Part shown: positions 31,606 to 42,097 of the stretch, piece after piece | Position numbering within the stretch: the stretch's first letter is position 1 | How the letters are laid out: each line of letters starts with the position of its first letter | Source of the DNA: a candidate division FCPU426 bacterium | Lineage (GTDB): Bacteria; Oederibacteriota; Muellerivitia; Muellerivitales; Muellerivitaceae | Direction: 5' to 3' | DNA length: 64,000 nucleotides | Assembly (NCBI GenBank): GCA_963738405.1 | Contig: CAVTWJ010000018.1 | Span: forward strand, 1-64,000 | Translations under genes and position numbers: made by a program | Notes under the pieces: model-generated | What the model was told of the DNA's origin: nothing | Seen by the model: the letters and a program-made list of their open reading frames with translations, nothing else | Database searches by the model: none

Positions 31606-33630
31606 CTAAAATGAAATTTTTGTTCCTAAGTAAGCTGAAAGTCCGGGGGTTCCATAACCATACACTTCCTCATAGAACTGGTTGAAAAGGTTGTCCACCC
31701 TAGCGAACAGCTTCAGGGCAGGATTGATCTGGTAGGACGCGCGAAGATTGACCAAAAAATAATCGCTTAAAGTGACCGGTATAGGAGTGTAAGGAGAGTT
31801 GTAATATCCATAAAAATCCACGTCGGACCTTTGCCCCACATAAGTCCCGGACACCCCGGCCTCCATGGAATCCGATTGATAATCCATATCGAATCCCGCC
31901 TGGTTGGCGGGTTTATGAAGAAGTGGGGAATAATCCAGTGTAACGGGAATAGACGTTTCAACATCGGTATAGGTGTAGGAACCTTTTAAGATCAAAACCT
32001 TCGCCACCTTGACCTCGACGAAGGTTTCCACCCCCTCGGTTTGGAAAGATCCAGAGTTTCCATATACCCCATTGGCACTGGGGCCATAATAGGTGATCAA
32101 GTTTTCAAAATCGTTGTGGAAGTAAGTGGCTCCGATCCTGACCTGGCCCGCCCAAAAGGGTTGTTCCAAGCCGAGATCGTAACTGGTATTGGATTCTGGC
32201 TGGAGAGATGGATTGCCGTGGGTGGGATCATATAACTGGTACAGGGTCGGTGCCAAGAATCCGGTTCCGTAAGTGGCCTTCAGCTTTGTTTCCAAATCTG
32301 GGATGAAATAGGCCGCCCCAGCTTGGTAGGTCCCATGGGTCCCATAAACGTTGTAATTATCCAACCTTCCCCCCACGTTCAAAAAAAATCCTTCATCCAG
32401 CTTCGCCAGGGATTCTAGAAACCCACTATCCTCCCACTGGCTACCTTGGATAGTAGTGCCCGAGCTCGATGGGCTATTACCCCACTCCTGATATCCTTCA
32501 AGCCCCAAAACCAAGGTTTCCTCCGGCAAAAGTTTTAGGTTGTTCTGCCAGGTTAACTTCCCGCTTTGACCGTCATATGAGTCGGTATAGTTGTAAGAAT
32601 TAGGAGAGTCTGCGGATTGGATATCGTTGTTATCGTAATAATTGTCCATGAAGGATAAGGTTAAAGATTGTTCCCAGTTACCCAAGGTCCAGCTGGTTTT
32701 ACTACCCATTAAGACCTGTTTCTGATCAATCCAATCATTAGGGTCATCCATAACGGGATCACCCAACGCCGAACCTGCCCCGTCATCAATATTGATACGG
32801 GATTGGTTGTAATTCACCAATACTTCCTCACGAATATTGGAAGTCAGGGGAGCCCCTAAATGAAAAAGACTCGAGAAATCGTCATAAGGGTTATTAAGGC
32901 TATTCCCAAACGCCTTGTCCGCAGTCGGAAAACCTGCCGTGCTGAAATAGGATGTATTCAAGGCGTAATCGCACTTGGAATCCCCTCCTTGGACCAAGGC
33001 CGTTTCCCGGACCGTACCATAGGACCCGCCCTCTACCAAAACTGAACCGCTGGCAGGACCTGATCCTTTCTGGGTGATAATATTAATCACTCCCGCCATG
33101 GCATTTGACCCGTAAAGTACGCTTTGGGTGCCCCTGACGACTTCTATCTGCTGCACCCCTCCCAGTGCCAACTGATCCAAATAGTCATAGGACCTGCCCG
33201 TTCCCACGGGATTGTTCATGGGAATGCCGTCCAACAACACCAAAGTGTCCCCATCATCGGATCCACGCGTGTAGATAGATGCTATCTCGCCAGGTCCGCC
33301 CGATTGTTCCAGGGTTAACCCCGGAACATCTTGCAGGGCTTCCATGGCCGTACTCGATAGCTTCTTTTCAATATCCTGCGCGGTGATGACAGTTATGGAA
33401 TTAGGCACCTGGCTGACTGGTGTGTCCAAACGGTTGGTTGTCACCACAACTTCAGGCAATGCCAATAGGACCTGAGCCGAAAAAGTATTGGTGTTGGATT
33501 CGACCGTTAGGGTATTACCAAAAGGCTCCGGAACGGGTTGGTCCGCCAAAAGGAATGAAGGAGAACCGACAGAAATAAAAAAGGCTGAAACCAAAAGAAA
33601 AATCCGGAAATAACACGAAAACTTTGACAT
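31606..33630 (-). CDS. btuB: TonB-dependent cobalamin receptor
   Basis: Plug motifs (VVVTTNR, IEVVRG.QS.LYG..AMAGVINIIT), C-terminal F, B12 riboswitch upstream. Confidence 0.9.
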   Translation of the reverse strand: MSKFSCYFRIFLLVSAFFISVGSPSFLLADQPVPEPFGNTLTVESNTNTFSAQVLLALPEVVVTTNRLDTPVSQVPNSITVITAQDIEKKLSSTAMEALQDVPGLTLEQSGGPGEIASIYTRGSDDGDTLVLLDGIPMNNPVGTGRSYDYLDQLALGGVQQIEVVRGTQSVLYGSNAMAGVINIITQKGSGPASGSVLVEGGSYGTVRETALVQGGDSKCDYALNTSYFSTAGFPTADKAFGNSLNNPYDDFSSLFHLGAPLTSNIREEVLVNYNQSRINIDDGAGSALGDPVMDDPNDWIDQKQVLMGSKTSWTLGNWEQSLTLSFMDNYYDNNDIQSADSPNSYNYTDSYDGQSGKLTWQNNLKLLPEETLVLGLEGYQEWGNSPSSSGTTIQGSQWEDSGFLESLAKLDEGFFLNVGGRLDNYNVYGTHGTYQAGAAYFIPDLETKLKATYGTGFLAPTLYQLYDPTHGNPSLQPESNTSYDLGLEQPFWAGQVRIGATYFHNDFENLITYYGPSANGVYGNSGSFQTEGVETFVEVKVAKVLILKGSYTYTDVETSIPVTLDYSPLLHKPANQAGFDMDYQSDSMEAGVSGTYVGQRSDVDFYGYYNSPYTPIPVTLSDYFLVNLRASYQINPALKLFARVDNLFNQFYEEVYGYGTPGLSAYLGTKISF

Positions 33631-33740
33631 GAGCCCTACCCCCGAGGCCGAAGGCTTTAGGGGAAGGAGCAGGGAGAAAAACCTGAAAAAAGGGCTTAAC
33701 TCGCCGCTTCTTATTCCCGAAGAAGCATCCGAAAATTTCT

Positions 33741-33880
33741 CAAGGCCGGTCTCCTGACTTGGGGCAATTCACTCCTTGAACCTTCCCATCCCGTCTAAGG
33801 ACAGTGACTCAAAGAAAAACTTCGCCCCTCACAGTGGCGGGTCCGCGCCGGATTCGCACCGGCTTCCCGAGCACCTTAAG
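33741..33880 (-). promoter_or_regulatory. Cobalamin riboswitch 1 (btuB)
   Basis: GGGAAGCCGGTGCGAATCCGGCGCGGACCCGCCACTGT...CACTG...GGGAAGG...AAGTCAGGAGACCGGCC. Confidence 0.95.
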
Positions 33881-33889
33881 TTAAATGAT

Positions 33890-33918
33890 TTAATACGCTC
33901 CTTTATTTACACTGTCAA
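33890..33918 (-). promoter_or_regulatory. Sigma70-type promoter for riboswitch 1/btuB
   Basis: TTGACA-17 bp-TATTAA. Confidence 0.65.
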
Positions 33919-33952
33919 TGGATAAAACCACGAGACCTAAGACATCTTTTTC

Positions 33953-34813
33953 TTATTTTGAATTACCAGAAACCCCATCAAAAATCTGATCCAGTGACTG
34001 CGCCAAACTCAAAAGTGTAGGACCTGGAATTAAATTTTCATCTTTCGTCAAATAAAAAATATGGTTTTTTCTGACCGCCTTTAGGGATGTAAATTTATCC
34101 CATTCTCTCCGGGCGCTTTCCACCATGCCTTTGGTCGACTGATCGGAGGGCATGGAATCAACGATCACATCCGGATCCTGGGCGATCAATTGCTCTTTTG
34201 ATACAAGGGGATAAGGCATGGATGCGCCAGCCATGATGTTTCTTCCACCACACAAAGTAATAATTTCATCAACAAAAGATTTCGGCCCGGCCGCGTAAAT
34301 CTGTCGCAAAGTACCGGCGTCATGCCCTACCACGAAAAGAATTGATACCGTCTTTCGCTTTCTGGCTTTCTCTCGAACCTTCTCGATTCCATTCTGTAGT
34401 CTCTCTTTCGCTTTCACCGCTTTCTTTTCCCGCCCCAGCAATTGACCCAATCGATCGTAACTTTCAAACACGTCACTTAATGTGGAATCGTCCTGAACAA
34501 AAGTTGGAATTTTCAATTTCTGAAGAGTTGTAATGGTATCCCCATGAAAGGGAAGCAATAGAACCATGTCAGGCTTGAGAGAAACGATCTTTTCAATATT
34601 CGGGTTGTAAAACCCGCCCACTTTTTCCTTGGTCTTTGCTTGGGGAGGGAATCGACAATAATCAGTAACGCCGATCAACTGATCTTGAGCGCCGATGTCA
34701 TAGAGAATCTCGGTAAAATTAGGGGACATCGAAATTAATCGATGCGGGACCTCGGCGGCCCAGGTGGCATTTCCAAACCCGAGAAAAGCCACAAAGAGAA
34801 AGGTGAATTTCAC
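33953..34813 (-). CDS. btuF: Cobalamin ABC transporter substrate-binding protein
   Basis: RLISMSPNFTEILY, GVTDYC, NIEKIVSLKPD; GTG start overlapping the bluB stop. Confidence 0.9.
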   Translation of the reverse strand: MKFTFLFVAFLGFGNATWAAEVPHRLISMSPNFTEILYDIGAQDQLIGVTDYCRFPPQAKTKEKVGGFYNPNIEKIVSLKPDMVLLLPFHGDTITTLQKLKIPTFVQDDSTLSDVFESYDRLGQLLGREKKAVKAKERLQNGIEKVREKARKRKTVSILFVVGHDAGTLRQIYAAGPKSFVDEIITLCGGRNIMAGASMPYPLVSKEQLIAQDPDVIVDSMPSDQSTKGMVESARREWDKFTSLKAVRKNHIFYLTKDENLIPGPTLLSLAQSLDQIFDGVSGNSK

Positions 34814-35472
34814 AGGGTCCCTTTCCGTCCCCATTGGTCGTAATAAATAAGCTCCGACCGAGGTATCTCGGGAAGCCATCCTTTAGTTTTTAGTTCCGGT
34901 TCGAAAGAGAACTTATCGGTTTGTCCCAAGCACAAATAAGCGACAGGCACTACGCCATCTGGGAGGTTTAACAAGCCCGCGAGTTCCTCGGGTTTGATGA
35001 TACTCACCCACCCCACTCCTATTCCTTCGCAACGGGCTGCCAACCATAAATTTTGTACCGCACAAACCGCGCTATAAAGATCCATATCGGGTTGGGCCGT
35101 ACGGCCTAAGACAATGGGGCCAAACCGATTTCGGTCGCAGGTGATGCAAAGATTCAAGGCCGAATCAAGAATGCCTTCCAGTTTTAAGGCACCGTATTGT
35201 TCGGCCTTGTCCCCCTCAAACATGCTTTTTTCTTTTTCGTGGGCCCTCAAAAAAGCCTCATAGACCTTTTGCCTTAAATTCTGATCGCGAACAACTATGA
35301 AATTCCAAGGCTGGCTATAACCCACCGAGGGGGCGCACATGGCCGCTCCGAGAATCCGTTCAAGCGTTTGCGGTTCAATCGGATCTGGTTTAAAACGTCT
35401 AATATCCCGTCTTTCACGAATAACCCGGTAAATCGCGTTTCGTTCATTTTCTTCAAAGGCATGTTTGTTCAT
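34810..35472 (-). CDS. bluB: 5,6-dimethylbenzimidazole synthase
   Basis: RRDIR, APSVGYSQPW, LKLEGI, YSAVCAVQNLWLAAR.EG.GVGWVS. Confidence 0.93.
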   Translation of the reverse strand: MNKHAFEENERNAIYRVIRERRDIRRFKPDPIEPQTLERILGAAMCAPSVGYSQPWNFIVVRDQNLRQKVYEAFLRAHEKEKSMFEGDKAEQYGALKLEGILDSALNLCITCDRNRFGPIVLGRTAQPDMDLYSAVCAVQNLWLAARCEGIGVGWVSIIKPEELAGLLNLPDGVVPVAYLCLGQTDKFSFEPELKTKGWLPEIPRSELIYYDQWGRKGTL

Positions 35473-35519
35473 GGTGTCCGGGAGGGACTTAAATGCTCCT
35501 CCCTTTGCCCTCCTTGCTA

Positions 35520-36533
35520 TCAACTTTGGACGTAGGTTCTTCTTTTAAAAAGAAGAATTAACAACACCGGCACCCCTACCAAAGCGGTCAATACGCCCAC
35601 AGGTAACTCAGTCGCTCCGAATAGGGATCGGCAAAGGGTATCGCAGAGCATTAAAAAGGTCGCCCCTCCCAGGGCGCTTGCCACTAGCAATCCCCGGTGA
35701 TCATTTCCCAAAAGTAACCGGCAAACGTGGGGAACAATCAAGCCCACAAAGGCAATGGGCCCGGTCTGGGCCACCACCGCGCTGGTTAAAAAGGACGCGG
35801 AAAAAACGGACAGCAATATGACTTGGACTGTTGGCACACCCTTAACCCGGGCTAATTCTTCTCCCGCTGAAAGAAGGTTTAATTCTCGGGAAAAGGAAAA
35901 AAGAATTAAAAAAACCACAATGAAAACTATGCCGATACCCATCACCGATGCAAAATCCACCACATCCAAGCTTCCCATCAACCAATGCATCATTGCGAAA
36001 CTTTGGGAAAAATCCGCCGTGAAGTAGAAAAGAAGAACAAGGGCATTAAAAAAATAATTGATTCCAACCCCCGCCAAAAGAAGAGTCGTAGCAGAAAAAG
36101 AACGGATTAAGGAAGCAAGGGAATAAACCATTCCAATGGAAAGAAGAGCGCCCGCAAACGCAAATAAAGTAACTAGGGAAATTCCACAAAAACCCTCCGT
36201 CAACCCCAGCCCAATCGCCGCCACCGCCCCAAATGAGCTTCCGCCCGCAATTCCCAAGGTAAAGGGACAAGCCAGGGGATTTCGTAAAACTGCCTGAAAG
36301 ACCACCCCCGCCACGGCCATGGCGGCCCCCGTCAAAGCCGCCAAAAGATTCCTGGCTAATCGAACTTGAAAAAATATCTGGGCATCTTGGTTTCCGAAAT
36401 CTGGGGGCCAATCACGAAACACCTTGGAGAACGAAATGGAAGTCGAACCCAACAAAGGGCAACCAATTAAAACTATAAGAAATCCGGCGAAGATTAAAAA
36501 AAGAACCAGTTTTCTTTGATCGGAAGAAATCAT
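35520..36533 (-). CDS. btuC: Cobalamin ABC transporter permease (FecCD family)
   Basis: FQAVLRNPLA, GPIAFVGLIVPH, ELPVGV. Confidence 0.9.
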   Translation of the reverse strand: MISSDQRKLVLFLIFAGFLIVLIGCPLLGSTSISFSKVFRDWPPDFGNQDAQIFFQVRLARNLLAALTGAAMAVAGVVFQAVLRNPLACPFTLGIAGGSSFGAVAAIGLGLTEGFCGISLVTLFAFAGALLSIGMVYSLASLIRSFSATTLLLAGVGINYFFNALVLLFYFTADFSQSFAMMHWLMGSLDVVDFASVMGIGIVFIVVFLILFSFSRELNLLSAGEELARVKGVPTVQVILLSVFSASFLTSAVVAQTGPIAFVGLIVPHVCRLLLGNDHRGLLVASALGGATFLMLCDTLCRSLFGATELPVGVLTALVGVPVLLILLFKRRTYVQS

Positions 36534-37339
36534 TTGGTTTTAACCTTTTTTTTTCTTTCCTGAGCGCGGGGAATGAAAAAAGGCATTTCCCCCCGTAAAC
36601 GAATCGGCACGACCTTTACCCCATGAAGGGATTGAATGGCGTCAGGGGTTAAAACTTTAGCCGCTCGGCCATCGGCCAAAACTTTTCCTTCTTTCATTAA
36701 AACGAGCCGATTCAAGTAGCGGCCAGCTAGGTTCAGTTCATGGGTGGCGACGATGACGGTTAAATCTTCTTCTCGATGAAGTTTCTGGATAATTTCGAAA
36801 AGGAGAATTTGATGAGAAAGGTCCAGGGATAAGGTCGGCTCATCTAAGAGAAGTAGCTGCGGCTTCTGGGCCAGGGCCGAGGCCAGAAGAACCCTTTGCT
36901 TTTCTCCTCCCGAAAGCTCTTCATAAAACCTATTTTTAAAACCAAGCGCATCGCAAAGGTCCAAAGCTCTTTCGCATACGAACTGGTCATTTTTCCCTAG
37001 CGGCTCAAACCGCCCAAGATGGGGGTGGCGACCCATCTCCACAATTTCCAGGACACTTAGGGGAAAAGTGAAGTGAAGCGATTGGGGAACATAAGCTATT
37101 TTCTTTGCCCTTTCACGCACCGGAATGCTTTTAAGCATTTGGTTCTCATAATAAATTTTCCCTGTCCGGGGGGATAGGAGACCCGACACTATTTTCAGAA
37201 GTGTGGACTTTCCAGCGCCATTAGGGCCCAACAGCCCAACAAGCTCACCTTTGCGGATGGAAAGATTCGTGGAATGAAGTTCAAATTGGGAATGGGCCGG
37301 ATAGCGGAAGGATAGGCTTTGAATTTCAAGGAGTGACAT
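36530..37339 (-). CDS. btuD: Cobalamin ABC transporter ATPase
   Basis: GPNGAGKST, LSGGEKQR, LLLDEPT; first gene after the riboswitch. Confidence 0.9.
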   Translation of the reverse strand: MSLLEIQSLSFRYPAHSQFELHSTNLSIRKGELVGLLGPNGAGKSTLLKIVSGLLSPRTGKIYYENQMLKSIPVRERAKKIAYVPQSLHFTFPLSVLEIVEMGRHPHLGRFEPLGKNDQFVCERALDLCDALGFKNRFYEELSGGEKQRVLLASALAQKPQLLLLDEPTLSLDLSHQILLFEIIQKLHREEDLTVIVATHELNLAGRYLNRLVLMKEGKVLADGRAAKVLTPDAIQSLHGVKVVPIRLRGEMPFFIPRAQERKKKVKTK

Positions 37340-37479
37340 GCTTTCCCCAAGCTTCATCTTTCATTTGCAAAGCTGAGGGAGGGAAGACTTCTTTGGATGG
37401 ATTAGGTCGAAAAGAAGCACAAAGCCCATTCCTCGAGGCTTGCTTTCCATGCCGAACCACAAAAATTCGGCGTTTCATC

Positions 37480-37613
37480 CAAGGCCGGTATCCTGACTCG
37501 GGATTTGCTTTTCGGGTCTTCCCGTCTTATCGACAGTGACCTTCGAAAAAAATCGTGCATCCCTTACAGTGGCGGGTCCGCACCGGATTTGCACCGGTTT
37601 CCCGAACACCTTG
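37480..37613 (-). promoter_or_regulatory. Cobalamin riboswitch 2 (btuD-btuC-bluB-btuF)
   Basis: GGGAAACCGGTGCAAATCCGGTGCGGACCCGCCACTGT...CACTG...GGGAAG...GAGTCAGGATACCGGCC. Confidence 0.95.
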
Positions 37614-37622
37614 AACGGGGCT

Positions 37623-37651
37623 ATTAAAGAGGGAGCCTAGAAGGCTGTCAA
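37623..37651 (-). promoter_or_regulatory. Sigma70-type promoter for riboswitch 2
   Basis: TTGACA-17 bp-TTTAAT. Confidence 0.65.
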
Positions 37652-37792
37652 GGATGCCTTTTTTGATGCTCCGGGGGATAATGAAACATAGGCAAAATGA
37701 AGATGACTCTCCTCATAAAATATTTTTTGATTGGTATTTATAAGATTCTTTTCAGGTTTAGATGAAGTTTTCAAGAATCAAAAGGAGAGGCT

Positions 37793-39133
37793 ATGGACGC
37801 CTTGATGTTGGCCCGGGCGCAGTTTGGCTTCACCATCGCATTCCATTACATTTTTCCCCCTTTTAGCATTGGACTGGGTCTGATCCTAGTAATTATGGAA
37901 GGGCTTTACTATTTCACCAAAAAAACACTTTACCTTGAGATGGCCAAGTTTTGGACTCGCATCTTCGGCTTGGTTTTTGCCATTGGCGTGGCTACTGGCA
38001 TAGTCATGGAATTTCAATTCGGTACCAACTGGTCCAATTATTCCCGGTTCGTGGGGGATGTTTTCGGCAGCGCATTGGCGGCAGAGGGTGTTTTCGCTTT
38101 TTTTCTTGAATCGGGATTTCTCGCCCTTCTTCTCTTCGGGTGGGACCGCTTGGGTCGTGGAACCCATCTCTTTTCAACCATTATGGTTTGTTTTGGCGCA
38201 CACTTCAGCGCCGTTTGGATTGTGATTGCCAATTCCTGGCAGCAAACACCTGCGGGATATCATTTGGTGGGGGAAGGTTCCTCTTTACGCGCTCAAATAA
38301 CTGACTTCTGGCAGTTGGTCTTCAATCCTTCTTCGATGGATCGTATCTTTCACGTCTATATGGGAGCTTGGCAGGCTGGAGCCTTCGCGGTTTTAAGCGT
38401 CAGCGCTTATTACCTTCTTCGTAATAAAAATCAGGAATTCGCAAAGGCATCCTTAAAAATTGCTTTGGGAGTCGCTTGCATCGCTTCTCTTTTGCAGCTG
38501 GTATCGGGTCATCACAGCGGTCAGGTGGTGGCACAAACCCAGCCGGCCAAATTAGCCGCTTATGAAGGGCATTTCCCGGCCTTGGCTCCAGCGGATGGAT
38601 ATGTGGTGGGGTGGGTGGATGAAAAGGGTGAAAAAACACACGGTTTGGCCATATCAGGCCTTTTAAGTTACTTGGTGTCTGGAAATTTCAATGCTCCCGT
38701 CACGGGTTTATCCGCTTTCGCGCCTAATAAAAGACCGCCTGTCAATTTTGTTTTTCAAACCTTCCACGCCATGATCAGCATCGGCATTTTGTTGATTCTT
38801 ATCGCATGGACGGCGGCGTTTTTATTATGGCAAAAAAAACTTTATCAAACCCGATGGTTTCTTTGGGTATTGGTCTTTTCGGTCCTCCTACCCCAAGCGG
38901 CGAATCAGTTAGGCTGGTTTTCCGCAGAAGTGGGCCGCCAGCCCTACATCGTTTACAACCTCATGACGACGGCGGAAGGCCTTTCCAAAACTGTGACCGC
39001 CAATGAAATTTTAGCCTCATTGATTCTCTTTACTTTGATATATCTGCTCTTGTTCGTTCTTTTTATCTATCTCTTAAATGACAAGATCCAACATGGTCTT
39101 CACATGAAAGTGGAGGAAGGGCACCGCGCATGA
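37793..39133 (+). CDS. cydA: Cytochrome bd ubiquinol oxidase subunit I
   Basis: [30 protein letters not shown]. Confidence 0.98.
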   Translation: MDALMLARAQFGFTIAFHYIFPPFSIGLGLILVIMEGLYYFTKKTLYLEMAKFWTRIFGLVFAIGVATGIVMEFQFGTNWSNYSRFVGDVFGSALAAEGVFAFFLESGFLALLLFGWDRLGRGTHLFSTIMVCFGAHFSAVWIVIANSWQQTPAGYHLVGEGSSLRAQITDFWQLVFNPSSMDRIFHVYMGAWQAGAFAVLSVSAYYLLRNKNQEFAKASLKIALGVACIASLLQLVSGHHSGQVVAQTQPAKLAAYEGHFPALAPADGYVVGWVDEKGEKTHGLAISGLLSYLVSGNFNAPVTGLSAFAPNKRPPVNFVFQTFHAMISIGILLILIAWTAAFLLWQKKLYQTRWFLWVLVFSVLLPQAANQLGWFSAEVGRQPYIVYNLMTTAEGLSKTVTANEILASLILFTLIYLLLFVLFIYLLNDKIQHGLHMKVEEGHRA

Positions 39134-40152
39134 ATTTCGATTATCAAACCCTGTGGTACATTCTGGTGGGAGTTCTTTTCATGGGATATGCCATCCTAGA
39201 CGGTTTTGATTTGGGTATTGGGGCATTACACCTATTCGTGAAAGAAGACAGAGACCGTCGGATTTTTTTGAACGCCATTGGACCTATTTGGGATGGTAAT
39301 GAAGTTTGGTTGGTGACAGGCGGCGGAGCGCTCTTTGCGGCTTTTCCGGAAGTCTACGCGACCGTCTTTTCCGGGTTTTATCTGGCCTTCATGTTATTAC
39401 TGGTGGCTCTCATCTTCCGGGCAGTGGCGATCGAATTTCGCAGTAAACAATCTATGTCTTGGTGGCGGCAGCTCTGGGATGTGAGTTTTTCTGTTTCCAG
39501 CATTGTTTCCAGTCTCCTCGTGGGCGTGGCTATGGGTAATATCGCCTGGGGAATTCCTTTAGGGACCGACCATGAGTATGCGGGAACTTTCTTAGGGTTA
39601 TTAAATCCTTACTCCCTTTTGCTGGGTGTGACCACCCTAGCCCTCTTCATGATGCATGGTTCCATTTATATTGTCTTGAAGACCGAGGGCCCCCTGCAAG
39701 AAAGATTGAAGGGCTGGGTCAAGAACACCATGATTTTTTTCATTCTTCTCTATGCGGTTATCACAATCGCCACACTTCTCTACGCGCCACACATGCTCAC
39801 GACACTTCAAACCCATCCGGTTCTTTTTATCGTTCCCGTTTTAAGCATTTTAGCCATCGCCAATATTCCCCGGAACGTTAGCCGGGGACAAGGCTTTGGA
39901 GCGTTTCTTTCATCTTGCGCGGCTTGCGCAAGTCTGATGGCGCTTTTTGGAATTGGAATGTATCCAAACATGGTTTTCTCAAATCCTTCACCAGAAAACA
40001 GCCTTACCATTTATAACGCCTGCTCCTCCCTCAAGACGCTTCAAATCATGACGGTCATCGCGGCAATAGGAATGCCATTGGTTCTTTCCTACACAGCCAG
40101 CATCTATTGGGTGTTCAGGGGAAAAGTAAAGTTGGACGCAAACAGTTATTAA
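39130..40152 (+). CDS. cydB: Cytochrome bd ubiquinol oxidase subunit II
   Basis: LDGFDLG, GPIWDGNEVWL, YWVFRGKV. Confidence 0.98.
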   Translation: MNFDYQTLWYILVGVLFMGYAILDGFDLGIGALHLFVKEDRDRRIFLNAIGPIWDGNEVWLVTGGGALFAAFPEVYATVFSGFYLAFMLLLVALIFRAVAIEFRSKQSMSWWRQLWDVSFSVSSIVSSLLVGVAMGNIAWGIPLGTDHEYAGTFLGLLNPYSLLLGVTTLALFMMHGSIYIVLKTEGPLQERLKGWVKNTMIFFILLYAVITIATLLYAPHMLTTLQTHPVLFIVPVLSILAIANIPRNVSRGQGFGAFLSSCAACASLMALFGIGMYPNMVFSNPSPENSLTIYNACSSLKTLQIMTVIAAIGMPLVLSYTASIYWVFRGKVKLDANSY

Positions 40153-40409
40153 AAGTTTTCCATACCTCCCTAGCATTTCTATTTTCATTTATTCCTGTTC
40201 GTGTCAAGAACGCGCTCTCTTTAAATGAAAAATATTTTTTGTTCTACTTCTTAAAATTTTCTTGACTTGGGCGTTAAAAGGTTTAAAAGAGGGGAGCTAG
40301 TTAACTTTTTGAAAACTTAACGGACACCCAATAAAATTTTTTCGTTCTCGCTTAGTTCTTTCCGCGAATCACGAAAAAATTTTTTCGTCTCGGATGGTTT
40401 AAAAAAGTG

Positions 40410-40640
40410 AATTTGTGAATTGATGTGAATAAGCGGTGAATAAGATTTAAGCCACACGGGGTTAAGTTCAAACACGGATCAACAGTTTGAGTCTTAATTT
40501 CGTAATGAAAAATACTTTTGAATTGCAAAAGTTGTCCACAGCTCTATTCACAATTGTGAATAACTGAAAAACCAACAAAATGGCCTAAATTAGCCATTAA
40601 TTTCGTGTAAAGTACGGTTGGGGATAGTACGGGGATAACC
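40410..40640. promoter_or_regulatory. DnaA-box cluster upstream of dnaA
   Basis: TGTGAATAA 40424 and 40555, GGTGAATAA 40435, TTGTCCACA 40532, CTATTCACA 40544. Confidence 0.85.
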
Positions 40641-40711
40641 CAATTTCCGAAAGACAAAACGGGGCTTTTTAAAGGGATATCTGAGTTTTTTAGCGTTTGG
40701 GAGGCTTGTGG

Positions 40712-42097
40712 ATGAGTGTTACTGCAGATCTTTGGGATCGTTGCCTCGAAAACCTAAAAAAAGACTTAAATCAACAGAGTTTTGAAACCTGGTTTAAGGT
40801 CACTAAAGCTTCGGTTCGCGAAAAAACACTTCATGTTCAGGTTCCCAATGAATTTTTCAGGGACTGGATACGCGATCATTATCAGCCTCAGATTCAAAAG
40901 GCACTTAACCTCGTTCATCCAGAGCAATTGGAAATTCAATTTGAGATTGAAAACTCTGGTTTCTCTACCAATACAAATTCAACCCAAATCACACCAACAT
41001 TAAACATGGAAGTCGCTGAAAAGCCCCGAAACAACCCCTTAAATCCGAAAATTTCTAATGATTCTGAATTTACGCTGAATTCAAAGTTTAACTTTGAAAG
41101 CTTCGTCGTAGGTAATAGCAATCGATTCTCACACGCCGCCTGCCTAGCAGTTGCGGAATCACCCGCGAGATCCTATAACCCCTTGTTTATCTATGGCGGG
41201 GTCGGTCTTGGAAAAACTCACCTTCTTCAAGCTATTGGAAACTTTGTAATGACTCAAAACCCCCTCTCCCGAGTTCTTTACTTATCAAGCGAAAAGTTCA
41301 TGAACGACTTTATTCAAGCGATTCAATCGGGCAGACAACAGGATTTTCGTAATAAATACCGCACCGTTGACGTGCTTTTAATTGACGATATTCAGTTCTG
41401 GGAAGGAAAAGAAGCCACTCAAGAAGAGTTTTTTCATACTTTCAACGTCTTGTACGAGGCCCAAAAACAAATAGTCGCCACCTCCGATAGCCATCCGAAA
41501 GAAATTAAACTGGAAGAAAGGCTTAAGAACCGTTTTGAAATGGGACTCATAACGGATATTCAAGAACCGGATCTAGAAACGCGGATTGCCATCCTCAGAA
41601 AAAAAGCTGAAAACGAAGGAATTCTTGTTCCTAACGAGGTTACAACCTTCATTGCCAATCACGCTAAGGCGAATATCCGTGAACTTGAGGGCGCTATGCT
41701 ACGTGTCATCGCTTTCGCGTCTCTTACACGGCAAGAAGTGTCACTCAACCTGGCGAAGGAAATCCTAAAGGATACGTTCCCCAACGAGGATAAAAGGGTT
41801 TCCGTGGAAGATATTCAAAGAATTGTTGCGGATCGATATCACTGCCGATTTTCGGACATGAAATCTCGAAAGAGAACCAAGCAGATTGCTTTTCCAAGAC
41901 AAATCGCCATGTATCTCTCCCGAGAATTAACTCCCCATTCCCTCAGTGAAATTGGTGCAGCTTTCGGCGGTAAAGACCACACCACAATCATTCACGCCTA
42001 TGAAAAAATTGAAGATCTTCTTGTTTCGGATATCGCGCTCTTAGCAGAAGTAAATAGCCTTAAAAAACAACTTACCGACGGAAACTTCTCTTCCTAA
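40712..42097 (+). CDS. dnaA: Chromosomal replication initiator
   Basis: YNPLFIYGGVGLGKTHL, LLIDDIQ, NIRELEGA, GGKDHTT; GGAGG RBS. Confidence 0.99.
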   Translation: MSVTADLWDRCLENLKKDLNQQSFETWFKVTKASVREKTLHVQVPNEFFRDWIRDHYQPQIQKALNLVHPEQLEIQFEIENSGFSTNTNSTQITPTLNMEVAEKPRNNPLNPKISNDSEFTLNSKFNFESFVVGNSNRFSHAACLAVAESPARSYNPLFIYGGVGLGKTHLLQAIGNFVMTQNPLSRVLYLSSEKFMNDFIQAIQSGRQQDFRNKYRTVDVLLIDDIQFWEGKEATQEEFFHTFNVLYEAQKQIVATSDSHPKEIKLEERLKNRFEMGLITDIQEPDLETRIAILRKKAENEGILVPNEVTTFIANHAKANIRELEGAMLRVIAFASLTRQEVSLNLAKEILKDTFPNEDKRVSVEDIQRIVADRYHCRFSDMKSRKRTKQIAFPRQIAMYLSRELTPHSLSEIGAAFGGKDHTTIIHAYEKIEDLLVSDIALLAEVNSLKKQLTDGNFSS

